Shown here: positions 41,060 to 54,667 of the stretch, in pieces | Position numbering within the stretch: the first letter of the stretch is position 1 | Layout: every line of letters starts with the position of its first letter | Source of the DNA: Octopus vulgaris | Lineage: Eukaryota | Assembly (NCBI GenBank): GCA_951406725.2 | Contig: OX597814.1 | Location: 76,818,001 to 76,882,000, forward strand | Direction: 5' to 3' | DNA: 64,000 bases | The notes under the pieces: model-generated | Database searches by the model: none | Seen by the model: the letters and a program-made list of their open reading frames with translations, nothing else | What the model was told of the DNA's origin: nothing | Program-made: the position numbers and the translations under genes

Positions 41060-44000
41060 TCATTCACTTCATAGGGAACCAAAAACATAACCAGTTTCAA
41101 GTTGTTTGCTACGGGCCACATACTTGCCATGCAGATGTTTCTGTTCCCATCTGCTAGCTAATTTTTCATGCGCTTTTGTCTTTGCAATTAATTTTATTTT
41201 CTTTGCAGCAGCAGTTGGCGCATTTCTTTCAACCTGATCAATCTGGTAGGTATCTAAGAGATCAGTAGCGAAATTTTTGTTTTCTTTCAGAATAGAGTGA
41301 AGTTTTTTCGGTCTTTCATGTTTTTCGACAAGTTTTAGCATCCAATCGTTGGTTGCTTCAAGGTATTTGGCCAGTCCGATTGTGGTGGTTTTGTACGTAA
41401 GTTCAAGCTGGATCAAACCTCGACCTCCCTGAGCTCTGGGAAGGTAAAGACGAACCACGTCTGCCTTTGGATGGCGCATATTATTATAAGTCAGTAGCTT
41501 GCGGATTTTTCTGTCAATTTTCATTATTTCACTGATATTCCAGTTAAGCACATTGAAGCTATAAAGAACAACTGGGACTACTAAGGAATTTATGGCTAAC
41601 ACCTTATTATATGCATTCAGCTCAGACTTCAGGATTGCTCGAACTCTTCTATAACATTCCTTCCTAACTTGCATGCTGGATACCAGAGCCTTCATTTATT
41701 CGTAGGTATTTATAGATTTGTTCCTGTTCAAGTTCCTTTATTACTGTTTCGACATCTAATTCGGTTGAACTTGACTTTACCCATTTCCCTTTCTTAAAAG
41801 TGGCTTTGGCACACTTTTCAAGGCCAAACTCCATCCCGATATCATCACTGAATCCTTTCACAGTATGTAGTAGTCCTTCAAGTTCATCATCTTTGCCATA
41901 TAGTTTTAAATCATTCATGTAAAATAGATGGCTTATTTTCTTGTTGTCAATTTTGTAGCCATACCCTGTTCTATTCAGTTCACTTGAGAGTGGTATTTAC
42001 TGTGCAGAAAATTAGTAGTGAAAGTGAGACACCTTGGAAAATGCCACAGTTTATGCTAATATTGTTTGAGCGCAATACTCCATTAGAATTATATAATTGG
42101 AGCTTCGTGTTCCATAGTGACATATTATACTTTAAAAAATCTGAAATCACAGGAGACATTTTGAAAATGTCCAGCGATTTCAGAATCCACGAATGTGGTA
42201 TGCTGTCACATGCATTTTTGTAATCAATCCATGGAGATCTGAGATTTCTGCGCTTGCTATGGCAGTTCTCAAGGATCATGCGATTAATTAGGAGCTGATT
42301 TTTGCATTCATATGAGCCTCGTCTACATCCTTTTTGTTCAGTGGGAAAGAGGTTATTCTCTTCCATAAACGTATATGTTTTCTCCACTAGAATAGATGTC
42401 AAAATCTTATAGGTAGTAGACAAACATGTTATAGGCCGGTAGTTTTTTGGGTCTTTCGTTTCGTTATTTTGGGGGAGGAGGTAAGTAATACCATTTGCCA
42501 TCCAATGGGGAGTTTTTTCCGGGCCTTTCATAATACTATTAAATAGTATTACTAACATTTTGTGTGCGGACGAGAGTGATGAGAGCCAGAAATTTGGTAC
42601 TCTATCAATACCAGGGGATTCCCACTTATGAGCCTTCGTTAGTGCCCTCCTTAGGTCGGCGATTGAGATGTCTTCCCCTACCTGTTCTTGTAGATTTTTG
42701 TACGCATCTTGGATGCGTTTGATCCACTCTGCATTTTCATTGTATGGTTTCACATCACTCCAGATTCCTTTCCAAAAGTTCTCAACTTCTTCCATTATGG
42801 GTGGATTTTCAATGGTTATTTTTCCTTTCCCTATTTCCCTGTAAAATTATTTGGCATTGGGTTTGAACATCTTATTTTGCTTGTAGCATTTGATTCTTTT
42901 CTCAAATCTGAGTATTCTCTGAGCTTTTGCTTGAACTTTTTGCTTAAGTGTTTCCTTCGCTGAGATTAGTTCTTCTCTTGTTGAGAGTCCGTATTTTCTC
43001 ACAATCTTCCTTCTTTTTCTTGATCTTACACCATTTCAAGAGATTAGCTCAGTTAATATTGATATCTCCTTTCGCAATGATTCAATTTCAGTTTCAATTC
43101 TACTCCTCCAGTTTGATTTTCTTTTCGAATTTGGTACTGTTGGCTGTTTGGATGTTAAACAGCGTCTTTCGATTATCTTAGCAACAGAGTAAATAATTTC
43201 ATTTAGTTGTTGGATGATTTCTTGTGTAACGCAGTTGCCAATTTTTATTTGTGTTTTATGTTGGTGTGCATTTGAGAGTTTATGGAGTGGTTCCCTATCA
43301 TTCATATTTGTATGTCCTACAACTGCAAGCTCATTCAGAACGTCCTGCTTCATTTCAAGGATAGATTTTCTGTGTTGTTCAGCAAATATGTGGTCTTCAA
43401 ATTCTGTTTCGACATCATTTTCCTGGCTGTTTTTTCTAGGGTCATTATATTTTCCTTTTTCTTCTGGCTCTTGAGTGGTTTCGGCAGATGGTCACCTTTC
43501 AGTCAATGCTCGTGGTCCAACGTTCCTCTCCTCTGCTTTGTTATTTCCTTCTTGACTTATATTTAGGTCATTCTCTACCACTTTTTTAATAGAGGTTAAT
43601 TCTGCATCTGTGAGTCTGGTATTTCTGAAGATATCTCTTCTAATATTTGCTAATCTGTTTTCATCCAGGTTTGGTCTGTTAGCGGGATTCCGGCTCCTCC
43701 AAATTCTGTAGGAGTTAGCGGTATGTTTCTCTGGGGTTGACCTAATTAATGAAAAGTAATAAGCATATATTACTTCCTTATATTCTTCCTGATTGCATTT
43801 AGTCCTTTTAAATTTTTGATTTTCTGGTCGTTGTAGTGGTGAACTTTGGGGGCTTCCAGGTTCGTATTCGGGGAAGATTTTCTGCCATTTGAAAATTGTT
43901 CATCAGGCTGACAGCTTCCTGAATAATCATTGGACAAGCGATTCGGTGTACTGTTTGAAGTTTTCTTTTCAAGTAAAGTTAAATTATTATTAAATTTTCA

Positions 44001-44190
44001 TTTTTTAAAATATTTTTTAATTTATTTTTAACCACTAATCTTCATACAAGGGCCGCATTTATCTATCATTATTGGCAGCAGCAGCACCAGTAGTTGTAGT
44101 AGCAGCAATATCATTATCAGCAGTAACAGCGGCAGTGGTAATAGCGGTAATAATGGCAGCAGCAACAGCAGCAGCAGTTGTAGCAGCAGC

Positions 44191-44228
<38 letters not shown>

Positions 44229-44336
44229 CAGCAGCGGTGGTAGCAGCAGCAGAGACAGTAATAGTAGTAGTAGTGAGAGCAGCAGAAGTGGTAGCAGCAG
44301 CAGTAGTAGCAGCAACAGCAGTAGTAGTAGCTGTAT

Positions 44337-44416
<80 letters not shown>

Positions 44417-44432
44417 CAGCAGCAGCCGCAGC

Positions 44433-44466
<34 letters not shown>

Positions 44467-45258
44467 TGTGTGGCTCATGTAATTTATTTTTAAAGTGAGA
44501 TGGGATCCTTTCAGTCAAAAAGAGTTCAAATGTCTACTACTACTAGCAGCGAACAGTGACCTTGACCTTAAGAAAAATTAAGGAAGGGCCGACTTTGTTC
44601 TGTATTATTTGTGAATAGAGTTGTGTTTGACCAGAGAGAATCTATTATTAGTATCATAATTTTTTTTTTTAATTTTATTTTTTTTTTAAACGTGCATTTC
44701 TGTTATTGCAATAAAAGGTATGTTTGGATATTTCGGGTAGTCAGGGAGAAAATAAAGTTGACTTTCTAGAGATGTTTGTTTGTATGTCTAGTTAGAGAAA
44801 ACAGTTGTGTTTTTGCAATAAAAAGGATCCTTACATTTACTTTTGAATATTCAGGGAGGAAGGAAAGAAAAGTCAAATTTTCACAATAAGTTTTAAGATT
44901 CACCAAAGATAGTATTTTGTAAGTCCACACAAAGAAAAGCGAGATGTTTTTAGAAAGAAGGAAGAACAAAGGATGTTTACAGAGGGAAGGATGAGTATTC
45001 ACAGCAGTTGAGGATATTAAAGTTTTTAAAGCTGATCGTTTGTGTGCTTGAAAACTGTAGATATGTAAATTTGTAAATTTCTTAACTTATTTTGAAGGGA
45101 ATTTTAAATACTCACAGGATATTGTTGATATTCCAGTCTTTGAGAGTTATTTTACCCCATTGTCCCGCTGGGTCATGTTAGTGTTTCTATGGCTTTCGGC
45201 TACTGAATGGTCAGAGCAGCGAGGAACACATCCAGCGGCTGTCAAGGCTGGCGCTCCT

Positions 45259-45261
<3 letters not shown>
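41060..45261 (-). mobile_element. R4/Dong-clade non-LTR retrotransposon (3'-truncated; 5' limit inferred)
   Basis: NYRPITCLST.YKILT, EQKGCRRGS, IDYKNACDSIPH, GIFQG, HLFYMNDLKLYG, RLYLPRAQGGRGL; putative 5' end abuts (TAA)n. Confidence 0.85.
44075..44466. repeat. Compound (GTA)n/(GCA)n microsatellite
   Basis: Direct sequence inspection. Confidence 0.95.
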
Positions 45262-45332
<71 letters not shown>

Positions 45333-45333
<1 letters not shown>

Positions 45334-47560
45334 GAGTGAGAGAGCAGTGCATGCCATCAAAGTGACACTGGGGTAAAATATAGGAAGCCCAGTATAACCA
45401 TTATGACTACCCGTCTCATAAGGGTACACCAGGCACATGCATCACAACCATATGAGCGTGACATGGTGATCTCATGTCAAGATAAACAGTACATGACCTT
45501 GCAGGTGGGGCCCAGTTAGAATTTTCTTCTGGTCGAGTAGCCCATCCCGCTAAAAAGGTACCTAAATAAGGATTGTTTAAGGATGTTGAACAAACCACCC
45601 ATGTTTCCAAAGGTGAATTATCCAAACCTCTAAGAAGTCCTTTCAACACACGACTATGATGCTCCCCCACTACTTCTGCTCGTGATCAGAGATGCACATA
45701 TCGTCAGCCATTAAGGAACATGCTCAACTGGTTACGGTCAAACAACTGACAAGCAAATCTGTGGTATTGAGCAGAATATTTACTGTAGCCCATCTTTTAT
45801 ACCAAGACAAAACGATGCACATGATAACACTTCCAATCAGTTAAGATCAGAAACCCTGAGAGCCACTGTCTGCTACGGCATCAGGGCATTTATTATTATT
45901 ATTGTTATTGTTGCTGCTTTTGTTGTTGTTCTTATTATTCCTTCGTAAAACAGTACAGGTAAAAATGTACCGGAGTCTTTAGTCATCTGTTAACTCACAA
46001 CAAGGACCTCAGATAGATAATACTTAAGATATGCGCTGTGCCCAATAAGGCTGCTTTTTTCAGGACATCAATCTTGCATGGGATTTCCAGTTGCCTTAAG
46101 AAGTCTTGAAGTTACAATGAGATTTAGCCCAAAGCTCCGATCACCACTGGTATCACTTTTACATTACCTTCTCGCATTCCATACTATCTTGCCATTTCTA
46201 CAATTTGGAGTACTTGGTGATTTTTCAACCTCTTTACTCACAGCATTCATGTCATTTGGTTTGGCTACATCAATGATCTGATAGTATTTGTCTCTCTTAT
46301 TCAATATGACAATATCCTGCCGACGGTGTATGATTACACGAGTCGTTTTAAGATCATAGTCCCAGAGTATCTTTAGTTTTCCATCCTGCTGCATAACTTT
46401 ACTTAGTACATGCTCATACCAGTTCTCTGTTACTTCATATTGGTATTTACGGCATAAGAGCCTATGAAGATACACACACACTTTATCGTGGCTGCGCTTG
46501 TATTCTTTTTGTGCAAGGCTCTCACATCCACTTACCAAGTGGGTCACATTTTTCACACACTTTCCACAGAGTCTGCATTTCTGGGTGTCATTCCTTTCAA
46601 CCTGTCCATGCATTCTCATTTCAAAAAGGTCTTCCTTTCTCTTCCCCTCAGCTCTTTGGTTAAACTCTTCCTTACCCATAATTTCATCTGCATTTACACC
46701 CATATCTTTCGTGGCATATTGCAGCAGGTCTTCATCACTATTTATCAAATACTCGGCAAGCGTTCTACTTTCACTCCTTATACAGGGTCTATACTAATTA
46801 GTCCTCTACCACCATTCTTTCTTTTCATATACAGTCTGTTTACGTTTGCTTTAGGGTGTAGCGCCCCATGTAGCGTCATCAACTTTCTTGTCGTTCAATG
46901 CAGCGTTGATATTTCCTCCTTAGACCCTTTGAGGATGCACGCACTATATCTGACCACCGCAACTGCCCATATATTCATTGCGTTAAATCAAATTTTTGGC
47001 ATTCTGGTTCGATTTCAACACCATCTTCACCCTTTATTGATACGCCTTGCTGACCTTGACTTTCATTTCTCTGTGTAGAATGTCATCCAGTTTCAAAATC
47101 CCTAAATATTTATACCCACTACCATCAGGTTCAATCATGGTCTCTCCTAATGGTAACCGCAATCCTCTGCAGGGTGCTTTCTTCCCTCTTTTCATATTAA
47201 GTACTGAGCATCTGGTAATCCCAAATTCCATACCAATACCCCTACCATACTTCTAGACTGTTTTGGTTAAGGAATCTATCTCTTTTACAGCTTTCCCAAA
47301 CAATTTCAGGTCATACATAAACAGAAGATGGTTCAACGTTGGGCCTTTTTTCCCACATCAGTAACCCATCTTAACTTTCCGAAGTATCATTGTTATGAGT
47401 ATTAGTGCAATTACAAATGGTAACGGAGAAAACGGGTCGCCTTGGAAGATTCCCCTTTTAATATTAACATCTCCAAGGAATACACTACCTGAGTGCAATT
47501 TGGTTTGCCACTCCTTCATGCTGCTGGTCTTTCATGCACCGCGTGGCATCTCTTCAGTCA
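45333..47560 (-). mobile_element. Second R4/Dong-clade element, 5'-truncated, with zinc knuckle, restriction-like endonuclease and probable 3' UTR
   Basis: GIFQGDPFSP, HLLFMYDLKL, CRLC...THLVSGC...YKRSHDKV, ILWDY...RRQDIV...IIDVAKPND; 45333-45890 ends in (AAT)n. Confidence 0.8.
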
Positions 47561-48109
47561 GAAGCCATGAATCCCAGCTGGTCCGGGGGCTTTCCAGTTA
47601 GGCACTTTACCAATTTGTTCTTTCACATCACCCGTGCATATGACAATATTCCTTTGTTTCTTTCCTCCTTGTAATTCTGTCTTGATAGTTTCTACCCACA
47701 TTGCATCCCTTTTATGAGCCATATTATTTCCTTAAACTATAAAGCACATAATAACTTTTAAACGTATTACAAGGAGGTAAATAAACAATACTTTGAAAAC
47801 AATCTTTTTTTTTTATTGAATGGCAGTATTTTGTTTGAATTTATTGATACACCTTGCTTGTGTTTAATATATCGACATAATGTTTCCAAATATGCTGACT
47901 TACACAGGGGGTATCCATGCGTTACGCTAGTAATAAGTAATTGACGTTCACGTGTCACAATGGATTATATAAATAGAGATAGCGTCCTACTTTTCTAATT
48001 TCAATACATATTTGTGAAAACATTGATAAAAAAGTTTGGCCAATGACATAAGTCTAAAAACAGAAAGGGTTACTGCTTTTCAAATGCGTCATATATCCGG
48101 CATGAAGGC

Positions 48110-48145
48110 TTTAAATAGAGGTGTTTTGCACTGAATCTTTACTTG
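48110..48145 (+). promoter_or_regulatory. Putative core promoter (TATA-like and Inr-like)
   Basis: TTTAAATA at 48110-48117 and TTACTT ~29 bp downstream, ~35 bp upstream of the ATG at 48179. Confidence 0.4.
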
Positions 48146-48178
48146 TAAAGACAAGCTTCCTTGAAACTGGCATTGACA

Positions 48179-48257
48179 ATGAAGTGGTACTTCGTAGCTT
48201 GTATATTTTTGCTTGTAAGCAAAAGTGTTCAATCCAAGTCATCCCAGCAAATACTTG
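48179..48257 (+). CDS. Exon 1 (signal peptide) of secreted chitin-binding protein
   Basis: MKWYFVACIFLLVSKSVQS-KSSQQIL followed by a consensus phase-1 donor G|GTAAGT matching the phase of the acceptor at 51723. Confidence 0.75.
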
Positions 48258-49169
48258 GTAAGTAATATTTCGTTTTTCATTTATTTTTCTTTCATATTAC
48301 ATTTAGCTATCAATATCACTATTGATTCATTTGCAGGATCAGAGAAATCTCTTCTTATTTCCAAACTGCCACTCTACAACTACACTCATTATCCCATGTG
48401 CTTTAGCCTTTCATTACAATATATTGTGATTTGAATGTGTTCTAACAAGTCTAGCGACCACAGAGAGGTGTTTGATCTGATTCGGTAGTACATAATCAAG
48501 TTCCACTTTCTATGTTGCATGTCCTAGCCATAAAGGTTAAATAACACAACATACGGCCATATACACTCCACACTAACATAAATAGACGAAATTATTATCT
48601 ATGCATTGACCGTTAAACATTTCTTACGGTTAGAAGAGTTGGTTACCACCATAGAATCAGCAAGCTGATGTCATTAATACTGATTTTTAAAAAAATAATT
48701 ATGTAGATCATTACAGATCTGTTGGGAAAAGCATATAAATGAATGAAATGAACCCAGCACGAAGCACTAGCGATTTTGTCAATCAAATCCCAACACCGGT
48801 TACGTCTGAACTCAGCTGTATCTGTTACTTTATAAACATAGAAATTTTGTACATTTTCCAGTATCAGTATGATGGCATTTTGTTAGAAATATTAAACTCT
48901 TGCAAGATTCTGTTGCAACGCCTGATTTCTGAGTCTAAATACCGCCAGGGTTGTCTACATATTACATACTTATAGGTTCATAGGGACTACACTTTATCAC
49001 TATATCAAGCTTGTGTCCATAAGTTACACACACACGCACACGCACGCACACGCACACACACACACACACACACAGATACACACGCATACACACGCATACA
49101 CACACACACACACACACACATTTATATATAATAAATCTCTGAGCGAGGTATAAACAGTAGCTGCACGAC

Positions 49170-49330
49170 ATTGTGAAGTATATTTGCCGCTTAAATGTAG
49201 CTAGCACTTAAGAGTTGATACTACTATAGCTTGTAGCCCCAGGAAAACATCTCCTCCAGCTGGCTACAAGCTACAATCGTATCAACTCTTAAGGGCTAGC
49301 CACATTTATGTGGCAAATATACTTCACAAT
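49170..49330. repeat. Intronic fold-back repeat (69-bp arms)
   Basis: 49170-49238 inverted at 49262-49330, adjoining (TA)n. Confidence 0.8.
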
Positions 49331-49333
49331 ATA

Positions 49334-49434
<101 letters not shown>

Positions 49435-49679
49435 TAATAATATGAGGGAATATTATTCAAAACTTACAGGGAAGAATTAAATTCAGAAATACCAAATCAA
49501 ATTTCACAAAATATAATATATATATAAAATTTAGAAAAAAAAACACCTTTTATCAATTCAAAATGAAAAATTAAAATACACCATCTAGAAAATTACTTAT
49601 AAAAGAATATTAAATATAAGATAAAAAATATAACGATGATTAAGTAATTTACAAAATAATAAATAAAACGTATATATTT

Positions 49680-49726
<47 letters not shown>

Positions 49727-49983
49727 CATTGGGATATCCCAGAAACAGCTGTAAGACTTTGAATTTGTCCAATAATGATAATAATGTATATGACTTGAGA
49801 TGATTGCCTTGCCTTAACGTTTCTTGTCCACTTTAACAATTGTATATCCGCTATATTGGAAATCTGCAATGGCCCCGAAACTACCGTCTCGGCTATAACC
49901 TTGGAGCCCTAGTAATTTGTTGAAGCACTTACCTAGCGTACTTAATCGTCTAGATCAGCTCGTTTAGATAAACTCCCATATTT

Positions 49984-50131
<148 letters not shown>

Positions 50132-50348
50132 CTACGGGCCCAAATTTCGTTGCAAATATCAATCTCGAAATGTTTAAATTAATCACCAACGACATTAGCC
50201 ACTCTGAGAAGGTCTGCGAATGTTAAGGGTGCAGTCACTTCTCTTTAGAATACACAAAATACTTAAAACGCGTGCATTCAAAATGTGAAAACTGGAATCA
50301 TTGTTGTTTATAGGACAGTATCCTGGTTTGTTTCATTGTTTTCTTCTC

Positions 50349-51170
50349 CATCCATCCATCCAGCCAAATTTTCCAGCCATTAATCGTGGAAGGGTTGCAG
50401 CAGTAGATTCCTCGGGTACCTCCTCCATAAGGTCCTGTTAGAAGCAACCGCCGTTAGACCTTCCGGTTGACACTAGCCTGAACAATTGACACTATAGATA
50501 TTGTACAGCCATTTTTTCCCTCGGTCTACCCCTACGCCTCTTGCCAGTTGGCGCGGCTTGAACACACCTCTTGCAATTATTTCCTGCAGCATTCTAAACA
50601 GATCTGTCGTACTAGAGCTGTGACCTCTCAAGGCGGAGAAATAGAGGCTCGACCATGAAGTCCTTGCTAGTCAACCTTTCGTTTAATGTTACTTCAGAAC
50701 CTTTCAAAGGAAACTCTTTTGTGATCACTTGTATTTGCGATTGTATTCTTGTGGTCATTAACCGACATTCATGGCCATATATGAGGAAAGGCACGTAACA
50801 CGAATTAAAGAAATTCAATTTGGTATTTTTGCTAACATTTCCTCTCTTCTGAGGATCGATTGCTGGTGCTGGTGCATTCTGTGACAGTACCAGTAATTCT
50901 AACGTCCAGTTCAGCCTCCTGCCTTCCATAAATCGTGGAACTTCACCTAAACTTCTCCACCTATCTCAAGGATATTCTATAAACAAAGAGAATGTGTTGG
51001 AAAGGCTGTTTTGAGATGACTAAAGCCTCAATCTTCACAGCACAAATTCTCATCCCTGTCTTGTAACACTCGTCAGCGAACCTATTAAATGCACGCTGGA
51101 GAACACCTTTTTCTCTTTTGCTAATTTCAATTGCAGAATGCGATTCAGAAACGTAAGATAGTTGTACACA
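50349..51170 (-). mobile_element. RTE-like LINE 3' fragment (intronic)
   Basis: GMRICAVKIEAL, PFLIYGHEC, VEPLFLRLERSQL, RRRGRPR motifs; (tcca)n tail at ~50349. Confidence 0.7.
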
Positions 51171-51722
51171 CACGTCAAACTCACTATAGAGTAGAGGATC
51201 GAAGTATTTTTCTTATCGTCCCCAGTAAACTCAATTCATTGCTATCCTTCTCGAATGAAAGACTTAATTTGAAAAAGTCGGTTTCGCAGAGTTAGTAGCG
51301 TTGTTGCGATGCCAAATTTAATTTCGCTCATCTGACCACCAGAAACTTTTCGTAGAACCGACACTAGTGCTAACATGTCACCATTCTGAATATATCTTCA
51401 AGACACCAGTGTTGGACATCCTCAGTAGAGGCCAAAAGCACTGCCCTACCTCTAAGTTGTAACACGACAGGCTTTCGGTTAGTCTGTCACTTAATACACG
51501 CTTCTAACTGACGTTCTTGCAAAAAGAAAAGTTAAAATAAGTTAAATTTAAATTATAAGTGCACACCATAAAGAACAGAAAAAGATTAGATGTACTTTTT
51601 TAGCAACGGTATTAATGGCATATAAATAAATTAACATCAAATAAATATATTGAGATTTCAGGTTTTATGCAAACGCATTTCGAGAACAGTATAATATTTT
51701 CTGCATTTTCTATTCGTTTCAG

Positions 51723-52306
51723 ATGAAGTTAAAGAAATTGCCAAGAAATCATGTACAGCAGAAAATGCTGAAGAGAATAAATTTTATTTCCCTCATCCAG
51801 AGAAAGAAAAATTTATTCAATGTGACGAGTGGGGTAATTACCACGTAATGCAGTGTGCACCGGGTACAGCATGGTCACAAAAGGTCTATACATGCGATAG
51901 AGATAATAGCATAATTGGAACTCAACCAACGACAACGACCATTAAGAATCCCTGTACCAAGGAGAATATTGACGCCGGTAAATTCTATTTCGCTCATTCA
52001 AACGAAAACTTCTTTATTTATTGTAACAAGTGGGGTGCATATTGTGTAATGCCGTGTGCACCGGGTACAAAATGGTTACAAGTCATCGAGAGCTGCGTTG
52101 CAGATGATAGCAATGTTAAAACCACGACAACCACCAAATACGACATTACCAATCCCTGTACCAAGGAGAATATTGACGCCGGTATATTCTATCAACCTCA
52201 TCCAGACAAAAATTTCTTTATTCAATGTGACACGTCGCGTAATTACTTTGTAATGCCGTGTGCACCGGGTACACAATGGTCACAAAGCGTCCTTAACTGC
52301 ATTTAA
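51723..52306 (+). CDS. Exon 2 of secreted chitin-binding protein with three 4-Cys peritrophin-A/ChtBD2 (CBM14)-like repeats and Thr-rich linkers
   Basis: Polypyrimidine acceptor ttctattcgtttcag; repeats CTxENxxxxxFYxxHxxxxxFIxCxxxxxYxVMxCAPGTxWxQxxxxC; spliced product 220 aa. Confidence 0.85.
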
Positions 52307-52497
52307 CCAACCAAGCCGACGACAAGTAAATCCCCTAGTAACAATCCCTGTATGAAGGAGAAAATTGGCTTTGGTAATTTTTTCCATTATTCAAATAAAA
52401 AATGTTCTTTATTCAATGTATCTCAGTTGGTATATACTTTGTAATGCCCTGTCGGCAAGGGTCATCGTGGTCAGAAAACTCGATGTCTTGTTCATGA
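52307..52497 (+). pseudogene. Inactivated fourth chitin-binding repeat in the 3' UTR
   Basis: After TAA, in frame PTKPTTSKSPSNNPCMKEKIGFGNFFHYSNKK, frameshift, then FFIQCISVGIYFVMPCRQGSSWSENSMSCS*. Confidence 0.8.
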
Positions 52498-52949
52498 TAG
52501 ATAACGACGAATTACCTAATTGTAATGCATTCCAAAATGCTATTTTCTGGTCTTTCTAACATCTGAATAGGCGACTAGAAATGCCTGCTTTGTAAAACAA
52601 TTGTGTGTACTGATTTTATAGTTTAAATTTAGCTGTGCGTTTTTCTAATGTGAAATGTTTCAAATATTGTTTTGGGTATATTTTACTATCGTAATATTTT
52701 GCCAGAGTGTTTTTCATTATTCTTTTTTTCTCATAACCGAAATATGATATGCTTTTGTTCATTCATGTAACTTTTGTCCTGCGTATTGTATAAAATTCCA
52801 TAAGTAAATATGATCTTCACATGAAAAGTCTTATGGGGCTTATACATTATTACATACTTCGGAACTCTTAAAATATTTTCCGTCTATCTTCACAAAAATG
52901 TATTGTTGATGTCAAAATTTTTAAATATTGTATAATATCTGTTTCTATG

Positions 52950-52955
52950 AATAAA
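52950..52955 (+). terminator. Candidate polyadenylation signal
   Basis: AATAAA followed by T-rich sequence, ~640 bp after the stop. Confidence 0.35.
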
Positions 52956-53002
52956 CGATATTTTCCTATATAATTTCTTATTGTTTTCGCTTTATATTTC
53001 TA

Positions 53003-53070
<68 letters not shown>

Positions 53071-53613
53071 CTCCATTAATATTTTTGGAATTTATTAGTA
53101 AAAGTCCATACAATTATATGTCTTTCAAAAGTTAGCGATGGTATCACAGAATTATATGTGTTGTAGCACCACAATATTTTCAACTTCCTCTTCGACCAAG
53201 GAGTAATACATTAATACTTCCTACCCGCAAATGGGGAATAGTAGTAAATCGACTATGGAATCTCTACGTAATCTTAAAACTTATCGGAAATAGCAGAGAA
53301 AACCAGAAATTTTGGTTTGGGTCACCAGTTATATTTGGCTGGAAGTAATAAGCAGATTGCTTGTTAAGGGAAACAAAAGTTATTATACAACAGTAGAGGG
53401 GGGAAAGGAAAGAGTTAGTGTCTCTGACAAATAGTGTACTGGTGAGTAAGTTATTGCTAAAGAGATGTAGACTACGGTGGTCTATGTGTAGCAATATTTC
53501 TAACTCAATATTGTGAGTCACACTTGAGTGCACAACTATCATGCCCGAAAAGCTTTGTGGACCCAGAGTAGAGTGAATAAATAAATACATATATGATGTA
53601 TAATTATGTGTAT

Positions 53614-53667
<54 letters not shown>

Positions 53668-53861
53668 TTGTATATATGAAGGATAAGTAGAGATGGCTTT
53701 TTGGAGTATAATTTTTATTTTAGTAATAATGTTTACAGTGAATTACTCTGTAATGAATTTCAAGCTTAACACAGCCGTTTTCAAAATAAAAAATGTTTTA
53801 CTAGTTGCTTCAATAGCAAAAAAATTTAAATAGCAAAATATATACATTTAAAAAAGCATGT

Positions 53862-53934
53862 GAAGAAGAAGAAGAAGAAGAAGAAGAAGAAGAAGAAGAA
53901 GAAGAAGAAGAAGAAGAAGAAGAAGAAGAAGAAG

Positions 53935-53962
<28 letters not shown>
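53862..53962. repeat. (GAA)n microsatellite
   Basis: Direct sequence inspection. Confidence 0.95.
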
Positions 53963-53965
<3 letters not shown>

Positions 53966-54115
53966 GGGAGACAGAGAGAAAAATATATTGTAGGAAACAA
54001 AATTCGACATACCGAGAAAGTTAAAAGATATTGTATTTGAAATACATATTACTGACTCGCAGGAAAGTGTCATCACCTATTCTGCAAGAAACCTAAGAGA
54101 ATATGTACATATATA

Positions 54116-54154
<39 letters not shown>

Positions 54155-54156
<2 letters not shown>

Positions 54157-54480
54157 GATCCCGGGTTGAGTCGGGGTTAACCACAGTAAATAAGGTACTC
54201 AATACATGGCAGAGTAAATTAATTTATTTTATAGAAGGAGCTTCTACAGGACTAGAACTGTTTCATTCAAATGAAATAATCAGGAAGCTCGGCGTCAAGA
54301 ATAGTTTTGGCATTTATACATTTAGGCAGATTTGATGGGGTGGTGGTGGGGGACTTTTTGGGGGGTAGGCAGGGCACAAACTGTCTTTCTTAGGGGAGTG
54401 GTCAAAAGAATCAGTGATAAAGTAGATAAATGAATAAATGGAATAATAGAATAGAGTTTTAGGTAAATAGGAAGACTATT
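54155..54480 (-). mobile_element. Diverged PLE terminal-repeat copy with mutated HHR (54239-54289, CUGAUUA)
   Basis: Tandem, diverged copy of 54531-54880. Confidence 0.75.
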
Positions 54481-54481
54481 G

Positions 54482-54535
<54 letters not shown>

Positions 54536-54616
54536 GTCCCGGGTTGAGTCGGGGTTAACCACAGTAAATAAGGTACTCAATACATAGCAGAGTAAATTAA
54601 TTTATTTTATAGAAGG

Positions 54617-54667
54617 AGCTTCTACAGGACTACAACTGTTTCATTCAAAAGAAATCATCAGGAAGCT
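54617..54667 (-). ncRNA. Type I hammerhead ribozyme, intact core
   Basis: agcuuc CUGAUGA uuucuuuugaau GAAA cag-uuguaguc-cug UA gaagcu. Confidence 0.8.

Noticed and set aside
48337-48434. Possible additional exon after ttgcag
   Set aside because: Weak polypyrimidine tract, no clear donor before a stop, no domain similarity
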